IMG/VR virus record: IMGVR_UViG_3300023294_000015
Span: 3,343 to 67,342 of that record
Strand: one strand, 5' to 3'
Length of the DNA stretch: 64,000 nucleotides
Origin: a virus
Every line of letters begins with the position of its first letter. Within the stretch, counting starts at the first letter, position 1. The position numbers were made by a program, and so were the translations under genes. The notes below the pieces were generated by a model. That model did no database searches, was not told where the DNA came from, and saw only the letters and a list, made by a program, of their open reading frames with translations. Below are positions 11,106 to 22,865 of this stretch, one piece after another.

Positions 11106-14100
11106 ATGGGTATATTTGATCCTATAGTAGAGAATGGGGAGTTAGATCGTAATAATCAACCTATAAAGAGAAGAAAATCATCTAATGATATATTTCAAGT
11201 CCCTAATGAGCAAATAGGCAGTGCTGTTTCAGGTGGACGTATAGATACATTTTCAAATTACGAAACATCATTTGATGATGCTATACAATTTTCTCCAGGA
11301 CAAAATAGAGAAGCTGTATTATCTGCCACACAATCAGGATGGCAACAAACCGCTAATGCTTTAGCACAAGGAGCTTCTACAGTTGTTTTAGGAGGTTTAG
11401 AAGGATTATCTTATTTTGTTGATGCTGACCAAGCAATAGGTATAGTTAAAGGTACTGAACAAGAGTATACTAACTGGTTTGCTGAATCTATGAAGCAAGC
11501 TCAAGAATCTGTTAAAGAGTTTGCACCTATATATCGTAGTGAAGCTGCACAAACAGGTTTTGCACCTGGAGATGCTAGTTGGTGGGCTTATAATGCAGAA
11601 AGTATAGCAACAAGTTTATCATTGATGATTCCTGCTTATGGTATGACTGCATTAGCTTCTGGAGCTAGTAAGCTAATGAAAATAAATAAAGCATTAAAGA
11701 CTATAGCTACACCTGCTCGTATAAAAGGTATTTCGAGTGCTGTATTTTCACGATATGCTGAAAACACTATGGAAGCTAATGAAACCTTTAATAGTTCATA
11801 TCAGCAATTATTACAGCAAGGTGTAGGTGATGAAGAAGCTCGTATGAGAGCAGGTGAAGCAGCTTCTAAAGCGTGGAATACCAATTGGGTAAACTTAGCA
11901 ACAGACGTTATACAATATAACGTACTTAGCAAAGGTTCTAATATGGCTACACAAGCTTCTAAAGAGTTTCGTGAAGGTTTAGGAGATAGAGCATTTAAGT
12001 TTGCTAGAGATGTAACTGCTGAAGGTCTTGAAGAAGGTGGTCAATTTACAATATCTAAAGAAGCAGAACGTACAGCATTAGATAAAAAAGCTAGTTACTT
12101 TGAATTAGAAGGTTTAGGAGGTCGTTTAAGTGATTATATTGAAGACCCAGAATTTAAAGCTGCTGTAACACTTGGTGCAGTTGGTGGAGGTTTCTTTTCA
12201 GGCGCACAACAAATATCAGATACTGTTGGTGACAGAACAGAAAGATTACAAGATGCTGCATTAGCTATATATGCAGGTATAGATAAGCATGACTTAAATA
12301 CTGTAGCAAAAGCAAAAGGTGGTTTACTTTTAAACGAAATATATAAATATGCAAGTGAAGGTAAATTAAATGACCTTAAAGAACATTACAAACAAGTTGC
12401 TGAAGTATCTGATGCAGACCTTGAAGCTGATGGTTGGACTAAAGAAGCTATAGCAGATAAAAAAGTAGCAGATAAACAAATAGCAGAAGACCTTGAATAT
12501 ATTGGAGAACAGTATGTAAATATATTTAGTGATAAAACTACTTCTGAAGCTGTTAAAAAAGAACAACTTGCAAGTTTTTATACTAAACGTCTTTTAGGAC
12601 GAACTATGAAAGATATTGAAGCTAGAACTTCAAAACTTAAAACAGAAGCTTCTATAGGAACAGATTCTTTACATATAGATCTTATGGAGCAATTAGCTCT
12701 TAATAAGCATTATATTGAAGGAAAAAGACAATATAACGATACAGAAGACAGTTCTGAAAATGATGCTTTAAACACGGAACTTAATTTTAAGATTAAAGAT
12801 AGTTCTAAAAAGATAGCAGAAATAAAAAAATCACTTACTGACATAGGTAAATTACCAATAGCTCCATCATTTGCTGAAGAATCAGAACTTGATAAACAAG
12901 TTATGCAAAAGGTTGAAAATGAAGTACAGATAGGTATGACGGATAATATCCTTAATAAACTATCTACTAAAAAAGGACAAGAAGTTTTTGATGCTGATGA
13001 ACCATTAAGAAAAGCAGAAGCTTTTAAAAATAGAGTACTTGCTACTGTAAATAATGAAACATCTTTAGAAGAACAAGAAAAACTTCTTAATGATGAAACT
13101 GTAGGTGCTGCTGTTAAAGCTAAACTTACAATATTAGCTAATGCTGCTAGTAAAGGAGTAATAACAAATCCTACTACAACAGAAGACTTCTTAGAAAGGT
13201 ATGCTAGTAAACCATTACTTAAACGTGAATTAGCAGCATTTGCTAAAAAAGGACTTAATGTAAGTGGTATTACTGATGCACAATCTTTTGTAGATAAGTA
13301 TAATAGTAATAAAAATTTTAAAGATATTGTAGATAGGTATTTTGAAAATAAAATACTTGAATCTTTTAATCAAGAACCATTACCAGATATTGATGTTGAA
13401 GCTAATCAAGCTTCTCCAACTCCAGATAACGGTAATAATAATCAAGCTAGAGAGATTAGTTTTGCTAATAAATTAAATGTACAAAGTAATCCTTATGTAA
13501 TGTATACAATGAAGGATGGAAAAATTAAATTCCTTCAAACAAAAGATGTATCTATTACTAAAGCTGACCCAAGTACATTTGAAAATCTTGAAGAAGGTGG
13601 TCCCCATGTACTATACGATAATGATGGAGAACCTATTAGAAGTGAGCTTAATACTATTGAAATTGAAGGAACTGACAATACAAGTGCTAAAACTAATATT
13701 GAGAAAAGAAGAACAGAAGAATTAGATAAATTAAGTAAGAGAGACCGTTTTCAAATAGAAGAATCTTTTCAAAAAGATGCGACTTCTAATGTTGAAGTTG
13801 TGAAAATGATTGGTAAAAAACATTCCAAAGGAAATCAGTATAAAGCTTCTTTTCAAGACCATACGTCAAAAGGATTTGAAGAAGACCCTTACATGATGAT
13901 AATAAATGTCAGAAAACCACAGATAAATACTGATGGTGTAATGACACAAGGAGCTGAAGTTTTAGTTGGGCATTTTGATTCTAAGGAAGCTGGTGAAAAA
14001 TATCTTAAAAACCTCAAAGAACAAGTAAAACAAAAAGAAAGTAAAATTAACTCTAAATACGATACTGAATTAGCTGCTTTAAATGAATCAACTTCTGAAA

Positions 14101-17100
14101 CTATAGAACTTGTATCTGATGAAACTTTTCTAGCATTAGATGATGTAAATACTAAACTTATTGGTAATCCAATTACATTTACAATGTTTTTAGATTCTAC
14201 ATACTCACCTACTAAAGTAAGTAAAGATGATTTTACTATTATTACTAATACTGTTATTGATGGTAAATTAGTACGTATAGGTACTCTTAGGACTACTAAA
14301 AATACAAATGATAGTTCTGATAATCAAGATGCTAAACGATTAAGACAAGCTGTTTATGATGATTGGAAAGCTAGTGGAGAAACTACTGGTGAATATACTT
14401 CTGGTGTAACTGATGTTATTATACACAGTAGAGAAGTAGGTGACTTTGCTATTACTCAAAATTGGCAGTCACCCCACACTATTCTTAATGAAGGAGAACC
14501 TTTGTTTTTTGGTGCTGTAGATACTACTGAAAAAGGTGAAGTAGATATACACACTAATAGTGGAGAAGTTAAATTTAGAATACCTCGTGAAAATATACTT
14601 TATAGAGGAGAATCAGAACTTGCAGATAGAAAAGGTGCTATTGTAATGTTTGTTAAGATGGTGAGTGGTATGTATCATGCTGTTAAGTTATATACAACTA
14701 ACCTTAGTGAGCATCCTAAAGAACAAGCTGAAGTATATGACATCTTAGATAAGTTAGATGAGAAAATTACTTCTACTACTAATGTTGATGAAATAGCTAA
14801 ACTTATTGCTGATGCAGAAATTAAAGTTTCAAAGAATATTTACTTAAAATTTAAATATGAAAAAGGTAAATATCATACATTAGATATTGATAAAAAAACT
14901 GGTGAAGTAAGAGTTGTATCTGAAGCTATGACTTTAGAAGAGTTTAAAACTAAACTTGAAACTAAGGTTATGAATATTGACCTTGACCAACTTAACACTG
15001 GAAATTATAATGAAAAAGTATCACAAAACGGTTGGTTAAAAAGTAACTTACCTAAAGGTAATCATACTTATGCTTCTATGGTACATCTTAAAGTACCTAA
15101 AGTATTTAAAAATACTAAAGTTACTTCTGAAAAAGTTACTAAAACAGAAGCTGCTTCTGTAAGTGAGGTGAAGGATATTGAGTATAATAATTTTATTGAT
15201 AAAGGCGAAGTAACTAAAGAACGTATTAATTCTTTAGTTCAAAAAGTAAAAAATAACGCAACTTTATCTTCTAGAGAGATGGAAATGTTTACTGATAAAA
15301 CATCAGAAATAAATGCTATTATAGCTGCTGAACCTCAAAAAGAAGAAATAGAAGTATCACCTACACCTACAGAAAGACCTAAAAGAGGACGTTCTACACT
15401 TAGAAGAAATCGAGAAGTAACTGAAGACGTTTATGAAGTTTGGGATGAAAAGACTGAAACTAAATGGTTTAAAGAAACTTATCCTAATACACCACTTACA
15501 GTATTAGATGATATGAAATCTATTGGTGTAGCTGGTGGAGTTGATTTATGGGGTTTATTTACAAACAGTTCTGTATATATCTCTAAAAATGCTAAAACAG
15601 GTACAGCATACCACGAAGCATTTCACGTAGTATTTAACACTTTATTAACACCAAATGAACGTAAAGATATTCTTACTAATACTAAAGATAAAACTAAAGG
15701 TCTTATTAATAAAGAAGAAGAGCTGGCAGATCTTTTTATGGAATACAAACTTACAGAAGGTAATGCTACTGAGGGTCTTACAGCTAAAGTATTGGACTTC
15801 TTTAAAAGGTTATATCATCTTATCCAAATTGCAGCAGAAAGAGTAGGTCTTAAAAATGCTCCTTCATTAAATAGTTATTTTTATCGTATTGATAGAGGTA
15901 GTTATGGTAAATTTAAAGTTCCTGCATTTACTAAAAATGTAACTAGATTTAGCGTTAAACCTACACAAAAACAAGGTTACTTAAACCCTAGAGAAAAGAC
16001 TTTATCTATAGCATTACTAAATGGTATATTATTAAATGATGTTCTTAATGAGTATCGTGATGAACTTAATATACCTAATGCTGATGATTTAACTGTTATT
16101 AAGAAAGTTATAGCACACGGTAAGAATACTAAATATAATGATTATAGTCTTGAAGGTATGTACTCAAGAGTATATGATTTTGTCAAAGAAGAACATGAAG
16201 TTCTTACGGAAGAACTTGCTGATGAAAATACTATAAAAGAACTTGATAAATTATTACTTACTTTAGGAAAACCTAATGCTACTACTAGTATGATAGAATT
16301 TACTCCTTTTATGGAAAGAGTAGTAAATGGTCTTAAAATACATGGTATTAAAATTACATCTGAAAACAAAGCTGTTGATTCATTTGAAAGTATTGAAGAT
16401 GACACTCAAGCAGAAGAAGAAAGTACAGTTCGTGAAGGTTGGCAAGATAAAGGTAGATTTGATTCTGCGATAGATAAATTTTCTCAAAAGTTTAAAGCAT
16501 TACTTGCTAAGATACCTACTAAAGAAGGAAAATTTGGTGGGTTCGCAACATATGAACCTACAAATACTACAAGAAATACTTTACTTACTGTATTGCCAGG
16601 TTCTAAAACTGAAGCTGAAATGCTTCAACGAGTAAAAGACCTTGTAGTTAAATTTCCTAATTATGAAATACTTCAATCTGAACTTGAGAATGATAAAGGT
16701 ATGTTGCGTGAAGTTTGGAGAGCTATTGGACAACGAAGTAATACATCATTTGTTACTGCACAAATTAAAAGGTACACTAATACAAATAAAACAACTGGTG
16801 AAAAAACTTTTAATGTAGAAAGTTCTGTATTTGAATCTAACAGACAATCTATACATAAAGATATTATTGCTCAATGGCAAAATCAATTATATACTTCTAA
16901 AGACTTTAATGCAGAAAGTAATACAGTAAGTATAAAACATCTTGATAAAGCAATTGAAAAACTAACAGCTATACAAAAGGATTATAATAAAGCATCTAAC
17001 ACTTCTGATGCTTTTGAAAATGCTGAAGAGAGTGCTATAAAAACTGTATCAAATATAATGAATTATATTCATATACCTATTACAGAAGCTGAATTATCTC

Positions 17101-20100
17101 ATATGTTTGCTGAAGGTACATCTGGACGTAGTAAATTAGCTGTGTTCTTAGGTAATCCTAATAGTTTAGGGCTTATTAATGTAGTAAGTACTATGCAAAG
17201 AGGTGTTGATCCTTATGCACAAGGTAGTCAGAATGATCGTAACGCACTTACTACTATAGCTAAAGCAATAGCTGAGTTTCAACCTTCAATGTCTCAAGTA
17301 GCTTTTGTTAGCAGTGAAGGTAAAATGGTATATCCTACTTTACAAGCTAGGTTTGCTACAGATCATTTAAATCGTATGAAAGGTATTGCAAATAAAGAAA
17401 CCATAGCTTTCTTTAAAGAATACAAAAGTGATCCTTACTTTAAGTATTCATCATTTTTAGATGATATGGCTAATAACCCCAGTATAAATCTTAAAACTCG
17501 TATTGCTATATTTGACGGTGTTAACGAAGATGGTAAGAAAAAAGCAAGTGTATATTCAGAAATGAGTAAACAACAGCTAGAATCTACTAAAATGAATTTG
17601 TGGTTTAATCGACATCCTGATAGAAAAGTAGAAGACCCATATGGTTATTATCAATTTCCTGTATTAGCAGATGTTGGTACTATGATGACATTATATCATA
17701 AGAAATTTACTATGGAAGAAGTTACAGAACGTCTTAGATCTTCTGCTAAACAAGAACGTAGTATGATACAATGGGTTAACAAACAAATAGAACCTGTTCA
17801 AGAAAAGTTTGATAATTGGTTAAAAGATGTACTTGATGAAAAAGTTGATGTTAAAGACATTAGACCTTTACCTATAGAACTTCAAAAAATACCTACTCAA
17901 TTACTTATTAACGGTAGAAAGTATAATACATTTACTATCTTTAACGAAGAAACATTTGATGATGAAGATGGATTTAATGATTTAGTAGATAAGTTTACTA
18001 AGCAAAAATATGAAGAAGAGTTACAATCTATGTTTGATGAAAATATATTAAGTAAAAACGATAAAGGTTTTATTACTGATACATCTAATACAGTTGATAG
18101 TAGATTCTTTAAAAATACTAATAATCTTGAAAAATATATATACAATAGTATGTATATGAACTTTCAATTAATGACTGTTTTTACAGGTGATATTGCTTAT
18201 TACAAAGGTAAAGGTAATGTTAATATGGAAGATGTATTTAAACGTGTTAAACAAATATATTCACCTGGTGAGCGTTTAGGTGTTGATATTAATAATACAT
18301 TTAATGGAGTAAATGTAAGACCTGAATACCATATTGCTTATGTAAGAGATGCTACTGAACAAAATAAAATAGTTACTGAACATAAAGCTATTATTGAAAA
18401 AACATTTCCTGGAGAAGCTAATAAAAATGTAAGAGCTGCTTTTGGTCTTGGTACTAAAGGTGATGGTCTTAATAATACTGATGCGGCTACTTGGATTGAT
18501 ATATTCAGACTTAGAGAGATATATTTAGGTACTGAACAATGGACAGATGCTCATAATGATATTTATAACAGTATTATGGAAGGTAAGTCAATACCTGCTA
18601 ATGCTGCTATAATTATGAATCCTATTAAACCTTTTGTATATGGACATACTAAAGTTAATATCAATAAAGATAATAACTTAATAATACCATTTCAACATAA
18701 GAATGCTGAATTTTTACTTTTACCACAAATGGCTAAAGGTAATCCTCAAATGCAAGCTATTCTTGAAAAAATGGGTTATACATTTAAGAAAGATGGTAGT
18801 TTTACATTTGATACTAAAAAGCGTGTAATTGATGCTTTAATGTACACTTCTGCTGTTAAAGTAGGGCAATATGATGTACTTGGTAATATCAATGAAGTAA
18901 CTAATCTTAATAAACATACATTCTCTAATGCTGATTACAGTATTCAGATGGCTACTCCACAACACCATTTAGATGCTAAGAATTTATATGGCAGTCAATT
19001 TAGAAAACTATTAATGCAAGGTATTGAAATGGATAAAGATTATTTTTATCCAGATGGTACAAGTATTACAGGTAAAGATTTATTTAATCAATATCAAGAA
19101 TATATACAACTTAACTTACAAGCATCTGCTGATAAACTTAAAGCTGAATGGCACGATGAAAGTGGTACATTTAATAAAGAAAAGTTTGTAAATCGTCTTA
19201 GAGAAGAAATTAAAGATAAAGAATATGGTGATTATTTATTAGAAGCACTTGATTGGTTAGATGATTCTAAAACTAAAACTGTATTACCATTGTGGCATCC
19301 TACAATTGTTGATATGGTTGAGAAGATGTTTAATTCATTCTATAAGAATGGTATAACTAAACAACCTATCAATGGAGCTTCATTATATAATGCTTCATCT
19401 CATGGACTTGAAAAAACTAACGATAAAGGTCTTAGAAAGCCTGAAATAAAGTTTAACGAAGATAAAAGTATTAATTACTTTGAGGCAATTATGCCTATAA
19501 CATCTAAACGTGTTATTCAAAAGTATATGAATAGTGATGGTACTATAGATATTGAAAGACTTAATAAAGTAGATCAAAAACTACTTATGGGTATATTTTA
19601 TCGTATTCCTACAGAAAGTTATTATTCAATGTTTCACATTAAAGTAATAGGTTATACACCTTCAGGAATGATTATTCTACCTGATGAAATTACTACTATT
19701 GCAGGATTGGATTTTGATATTGATAAACTTTATGGATTACTATATAATCTTGAAAAAGCTGAAGGTGAATTATTACCTGATGAATATGCTAAGTGGGAAA
19801 CTGCTGATAATACTCCTCAAATAAATACTAAAACTGGTAGAACTTTTACTAAGTCTAATATATCTGGTTATGATCCTGAGAGAGGGCGTATTGATTATGC
19901 TAAACGTAATGAATTAGAGTGGGATGATGAAGCTGGTAGTTTTAGAAAAGAAACTGAAATTAAAGCTGTAGTATCTGGACCAGAAACTAAAGAATCTCGT
20001 GATAATATGATAATTGATATTGCTTGGGCTGTATTATCAAGTGAATATACTATGCAACAACAATTATCAGTTGGTAACTTTGATACTTACAAAAGTGCTA

Positions 20101-22865
20101 AAGATGCTGTATTATTTAATCAACCAAGTAATACTAAAAAAGATCTTAATATTCTTAGATTATCTACAGGTAGAGAAGTATTTGAACGTAATATGACAGG
20201 TTTAAAACTTATTGGTATAACAGCTAATCACACATCTAATCACTCTTTAATGATACATGGAGATTTCTATTTTAGAGATTCTATTAAGATTAATGGTTAT
20301 AATGAATCATCATTGTCTAATGAGAAAAACAAAGATGGAGCTAGAATAGGTAAAAACTTAGCAGAAGGTTCTGCTTTTACAGTAGATAATGCTAAAGACC
20401 CATTATCATCATTTTTAAATATAACTACTGTTACGATAGATGTAGTAATAGCTATGCAACGTACAGGTGTTGATATTGATACATCAGTAGCTTTTATAGC
20501 TAATCCTATATTACGTAAGTTTACACGATATGAACAAGCTCTTACAGGTAAAGACAGTAAAAAGGAAGCTGTAATTAGACTTAAAGCTGAATTACGTGAA
20601 GAAATGTCTAAACGTAAATTTAATGAGTTTAACGCATTTCACGAAAAAGGTGCTCAAAATACATTAACTTTAAATGTAAGTTTTAATAAAGATGGTGCTA
20701 AACGATATACAGGTTCATTAGGAGATTCTATTAAAACTGAAGGTAAGAAGTTATCTGAACTTACAGAAAATGAATTGTACGTACAAAATGAAGTATTAAT
20801 ACTCTTTAGTGAGACTTTAGAGAAAGCTAACGCACTTGCTAAAACTATGGGAGGTATGCGTTATGATTCACTTACTAATGCTCCTACAGGCTCTATAGCA
20901 CATACTGAAGTACTTGCTAGAAAAGTAGAAATAGCTGAATCTTATTCAGATGTTATTATAGGTTTTAAAGAGTTTTTTGAGGGAGGTAAAATACCTTATG
21001 TAGCTGGCTTTTATAACTTAGGTGTTAAACCAGTTAAAAATGATTATTTGAAAGCTACAGGTTCACCTTATGCTAAAGATAATGGTATATTTAAAGAAAT
21101 TATAGATTTATTTAATAGTTATTCAGAAGACGGATTAACTCCTGAAGAAATGAATGATCTTTATAGAATGACTATGACATCATTTGCTACTGACTTTCAA
21201 ACATACACACATTCTGAAATGAAACGTGTAATGTCTGAATTACCTAGTAGAATTACAGCTTATAATAAAGCTAATCCTGAAGGAGCTTTTTCAATATTTA
21301 TGAGAAATTTTATAGTTGTAAATGTAAAATACGATAAAGAAACTGGTGAAATTAAAGGTGATAAAAGAGTAGCAAGTATATTATTTAATCGTTTAGGTAA
21401 AGATAGAGATCATCAAGACGAATTAAGAAATGTATGGCAAGAAATGTTATATTCTAGTAAACCAGAAGAAGTTCAAATTGCTAAAGATTTAGATAAGTAT
21501 GCATTCTTTAGTACAGGATTTACATTTGGTAAATCTACATTTAAAGACCTTGTACCAATAACATATATGTCTGAACTTGTAGATGATAAAGGTGTTACTT
21601 TTACAGGTCACTTACAAAAAAACTTTGATAGTGAAACTTTTACTCCAGAGCAAAAGATGGAAATTGTAACCCAAATAGTAAGAAATAAGTATAGGACTAT
21701 GTATTCAGTACCAATGCTTAGATTAGATGAAATACAAGAATATGAGCTATTAGGTGAAAAAGGCAATAGATCATTAACTGTTGGAGATTTACCACAATTA
21801 ATGATGAAAAGTACAAACCCTATTTATACAGCATCTGCTAAAAACCCAAAAGAATTAGCTCTTATGAATAAAAACCCTAGTCTTAAACGAGTAGATTTTA
21901 TTAAAGTACCTATTCAAGAAGGTAATAAAACTGAAATGATACTCATGAAGAAGAGTCAGTTTATAGAAGGTATTAAAAATCAAATAGTATATCGTGAGAT
22001 ACAAAGATTAGGTGTACATAATGAGACTATAGAAATGTCATTACCGCATGCTGTTAAAGGTGTATTCTTAGAATCATTTTATAATGAACTTATAAAACAA
22101 ACACTATTAGATTTGACTAAAGTAGCTGCAAGTAATGTTGATGTAAGTGACTATACTGATGATATTAATTTTGGAGGAGTAGTTAAACCTGTTGTTAAAC
22201 CTATTGTAATAAATAATAAAATAGATATATCTGTTAAAAATATATTCACAGTAAAACCAATACAATCCGTTGATACTAAAGCCGTACATAAAGCAAGTAT
22301 AGCTACACAATATATTGGATTTGCAGAAGGTATTGAAGGTAGCTCAACAGGTTTATATGCTAAACAAGCTGGTAAATTTGCTAATACTGGTAATTATAAT
22401 CCTAATGATATAATATTTGTATCTGTAGGTGGTAAAAGAGGTAATGAAACTTTAAGAGCTGAACAGCAAACTAAAACTATTAAAGAAGCTATTAAAGCTA
22501 TAGAAGCAGGTGCTAGTATTATCACTGATAATAAAGATTATGTTGATAGTAATTCTTATAATGAAGGAGAAAAACGACTTAAATCTAATTTAGAGACTAA
22601 AGGATATAAATATTCTGAAATTACTGTAGAAGGTCATAAAATAGGAGTTTGGAATAAAGTTAAACAAGAAACCACACAACCTACATCTACTGTAACTAGT
22701 AAAGAAGGAATTATAACTGATAGTGGAGTAAATATTACTAAAGAACAATTAAATACTATTAATAATAACTTTAAACAGTTTGATATACCTAGGATTACAG
22801 AAGATTGGTTTAATGCTAGACCTAAAGAAGAACAAGATAAAATTATAGAGTGCTATGGCAAATAA
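11106..22865 (+). CDS. Giant virion polyprotein containing a two-barrel virion RNA polymerase and a zincin-like peptidase
   Basis: 3919 aa. GLDFDIDK catalytic motif at 19710-19724, preceded by YRIPT and followed by VDNAKDP, as in the phi14:2 gp66-type RNAP. HEAFH...EELAD zincin at 15612-15626. N-terminal AEGLEEGGQ and Gly-rich membrane segments. Confidence 0.85.
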   Translation: MGIFDPIVENGELDRNNQPIKRRKSSNDIFQVPNEQIGSAVSGGRIDTFSNYETSFDDAIQFSPGQNREAVLSATQSGWQQTANALAQGASTVVLGGLEGLSYFVDADQAIGIVKGTEQEYTNWFAESMKQAQESVKEFAPIYRSEAAQTGFAPGDASWWAYNAESIATSLSLMIPAYGMTALASGASKLMKINKALKTIATPARIKGISSAVFSRYAENTMEANETFNSSYQQLLQQGVGDEEARMRAGEAASKAWNTNWVNLATDVIQYNVLSKGSNMATQASKEFREGLGDRAFKFARDVTAEGLEEGGQFTISKEAERTALDKKASYFELEGLGGRLSDYIEDPEFKAAVTLGAVGGGFFSGAQQISDTVGDRTERLQDAALAIYAGIDKHDLNTVAKAKGGLLLNEIYKYASEGKLNDLKEHYKQVAEVSDADLEADGWTKEAIADKKVADKQIAEDLEYIGEQYVNIFSDKTTSEAVKKEQLASFYTKRLLGRTMKDIEARTSKLKTEASIGTDSLHIDLMEQLALNKHYIEGKRQYNDTEDSSENDALNTELNFKIKDSSKKIAEIKKSLTDIGKLPIAPSFAEESELDKQVMQKVENEVQIGMTDNILNKLSTKKGQEVFDADEPLRKAEAFKNRVLATVNNETSLEEQEKLLNDETVGAAVKAKLTILANAASKGVITNPTTTEDFLERYASKPLLKRELAAFAKKGLNVSGITDAQSFVDKYNSNKNFKDIVDRYFENKILESFNQEPLPDIDVEANQASPTPDNGNNNQAREISFANKLNVQSNPYVMYTMKDGKIKFLQTKDVSITKADPSTFENLEEGGPHVLYDNDGEPIRSELNTIEIEGTDNTSAKTNIEKRRTEELDKLSKRDRFQIEESFQKDATSNVEVVKMIGKKHSKGNQYKASFQDHTSKGFEEDPYMMIINVRKPQINTDGVMTQGAEVLVGHFDSKEAGEKYLKNLKEQVKQKESKINSKYDTELAALNESTSETIELVSDETFLALDDVNTKLIGNPITFTMFLDSTYSPTKVSKDDFTIITNTVIDGKLVRIGTLRTTKNTNDSSDNQDAKRLRQAVYDDWKASGETTGEYTSGVTDVIIHSREVGDFAITQNWQSPHTILNEGEPLFFGAVDTTEKGEVDIHTNSGEVKFRIPRENILYRGESELADRKGAIVMFVKMVSGMYHAVKLYTTNLSEHPKEQAEVYDILDKLDEKITSTTNVDEIAKLIADAEIKVSKNIYLKFKYEKGKYHTLDIDKKTGEVRVVSEAMTLEEFKTKLETKVMNIDLDQLNTGNYNEKVSQNGWLKSNLPKGNHTYASMVHLKVPKVFKNTKVTSEKVTKTEAASVSEVKDIEYNNFIDKGEVTKERINSLVQKVKNNATLSSREMEMFTDKTSEINAIIAAEPQKEEIEVSPTPTERPKRGRSTLRRNREVTEDVYEVWDEKTETKWFKETYPNTPLTVLDDMKSIGVAGGVDLWGLFTNSSVYISKNAKTGTAYHEAFHVVFNTLLTPNERKDILTNTKDKTKGLINKEEELADLFMEYKLTEGNATEGLTAKVLDFFKRLYHLIQIAAERVGLKNAPSLNSYFYRIDRGSYGKFKVPAFTKNVTRFSVKPTQKQGYLNPREKTLSIALLNGILLNDVLNEYRDELNIPNADDLTVIKKVIAHGKNTKYNDYSLEGMYSRVYDFVKEEHEVLTEELADENTIKELDKLLLTLGKPNATTSMIEFTPFMERVVNGLKIHGIKITSENKAVDSFESIEDDTQAEEESTVREGWQDKGRFDSAIDKFSQKFKALLAKIPTKEGKFGGFATYEPTNTTRNTLLTVLPGSKTEAEMLQRVKDLVVKFPNYEILQSELENDKGMLREVWRAIGQRSNTSFVTAQIKRYTNTNKTTGEKTFNVESSVFESNRQSIHKDIIAQWQNQLYTSKDFNAESNTVSIKHLDKAIEKLTAIQKDYNKASNTSDAFENAEESAIKTVSNIMNYIHIPITEAELSHMFAEGTSGRSKLAVFLGNPNSLGLINVVSTMQRGVDPYAQGSQNDRNALTTIAKAIAEFQPSMSQVAFVSSEGKMVYPTLQARFATDHLNRMKGIANKETIAFFKEYKSDPYFKYSSFLDDMANNPSINLKTRIAIFDGVNEDGKKKASVYSEMSKQQLESTKMNLWFNRHPDRKVEDPYGYYQFPVLADVGTMMTLYHKKFTMEEVTERLRSSAKQERSMIQWVNKQIEPVQEKFDNWLKDVLDEKVDVKDIRPLPIELQKIPTQLLINGRKYNTFTIFNEETFDDEDGFNDLVDKFTKQKYEEELQSMFDENILSKNDKGFITDTSNTVDSRFFKNTNNLEKYIYNSMYMNFQLMTVFTGDIAYYKGKGNVNMEDVFKRVKQIYSPGERLGVDINNTFNGVNVRPEYHIAYVRDATEQNKIVTEHKAIIEKTFPGEANKNVRAAFGLGTKGDGLNNTDAATWIDIFRLREIYLGTEQWTDAHNDIYNSIMEGKSIPANAAIIMNPIKPFVYGHTKVNINKDNNLIIPFQHKNAEFLLLPQMAKGNPQMQAILEKMGYTFKKDGSFTFDTKKRVIDALMYTSAVKVGQYDVLGNINEVTNLNKHTFSNADYSIQMATPQHHLDAKNLYGSQFRKLLMQGIEMDKDYFYPDGTSITGKDLFNQYQEYIQLNLQASADKLKAEWHDESGTFNKEKFVNRLREEIKDKEYGDYLLEALDWLDDSKTKTVLPLWHPTIVDMVEKMFNSFYKNGITKQPINGASLYNASSHGLEKTNDKGLRKPEIKFNEDKSINYFEAIMPITSKRVIQKYMNSDGTIDIERLNKVDQKLLMGIFYRIPTESYYSMFHIKVIGYTPSGMIILPDEITTIAGLDFDIDKLYGLLYNLEKAEGELLPDEYAKWETADNTPQINTKTGRTFTKSNISGYDPERGRIDYAKRNELEWDDEAGSFRKETEIKAVVSGPETKESRDNMIIDIAWAVLSSEYTMQQQLSVGNFDTYKSAKDAVLFNQPSNTKKDLNILRLSTGREVFERNMTGLKLIGITANHTSNHSLMIHGDFYFRDSIKINGYNESSLSNEKNKDGARIGKNLAEGSAFTVDNAKDPLSSFLNITTVTIDVVIAMQRTGVDIDTSVAFIANPILRKFTRYEQALTGKDSKKEAVIRLKAELREEMSKRKFNEFNAFHEKGAQNTLTLNVSFNKDGAKRYTGSLGDSIKTEGKKLSELTENELYVQNEVLILFSETLEKANALAKTMGGMRYDSLTNAPTGSIAHTEVLARKVEIAESYSDVIIGFKEFFEGGKIPYVAGFYNLGVKPVKNDYLKATGSPYAKDNGIFKEIIDLFNSYSEDGLTPEEMNDLYRMTMTSFATDFQTYTHSEMKRVMSELPSRITAYNKANPEGAFSIFMRNFIVVNVKYDKETGEIKGDKRVASILFNRLGKDRDHQDELRNVWQEMLYSSKPEEVQIAKDLDKYAFFSTGFTFGKSTFKDLVPITYMSELVDDKGVTFTGHLQKNFDSETFTPEQKMEIVTQIVRNKYRTMYSVPMLRLDEIQEYELLGEKGNRSLTVGDLPQLMMKSTNPIYTASAKNPKELALMNKNPSLKRVDFIKVPIQEGNKTEMILMKKSQFIEGIKNQIVYREIQRLGVHNETIEMSLPHAVKGVFLESFYNELIKQTLLDLTKVAASNVDVSDYTDDINFGGVVKPVVKPIVINNKIDISVKNIFTVKPIQSVDTKAVHKASIATQYIGFAEGIEGSSTGLYAKQAGKFANTGNYNPNDIIFVSVGGKRGNETLRAEQQTKTIKEAIKAIEAGASIITDNKDYVDSNSYNEGEKRLKSNLETKGYKYSEITVEGHKIGVWNKVKQETTQPTSTVTSKEGIITDSGVNITKEQLNTINNNFKQFDIPRITEDWFNARPKEEQDKIIECYGK

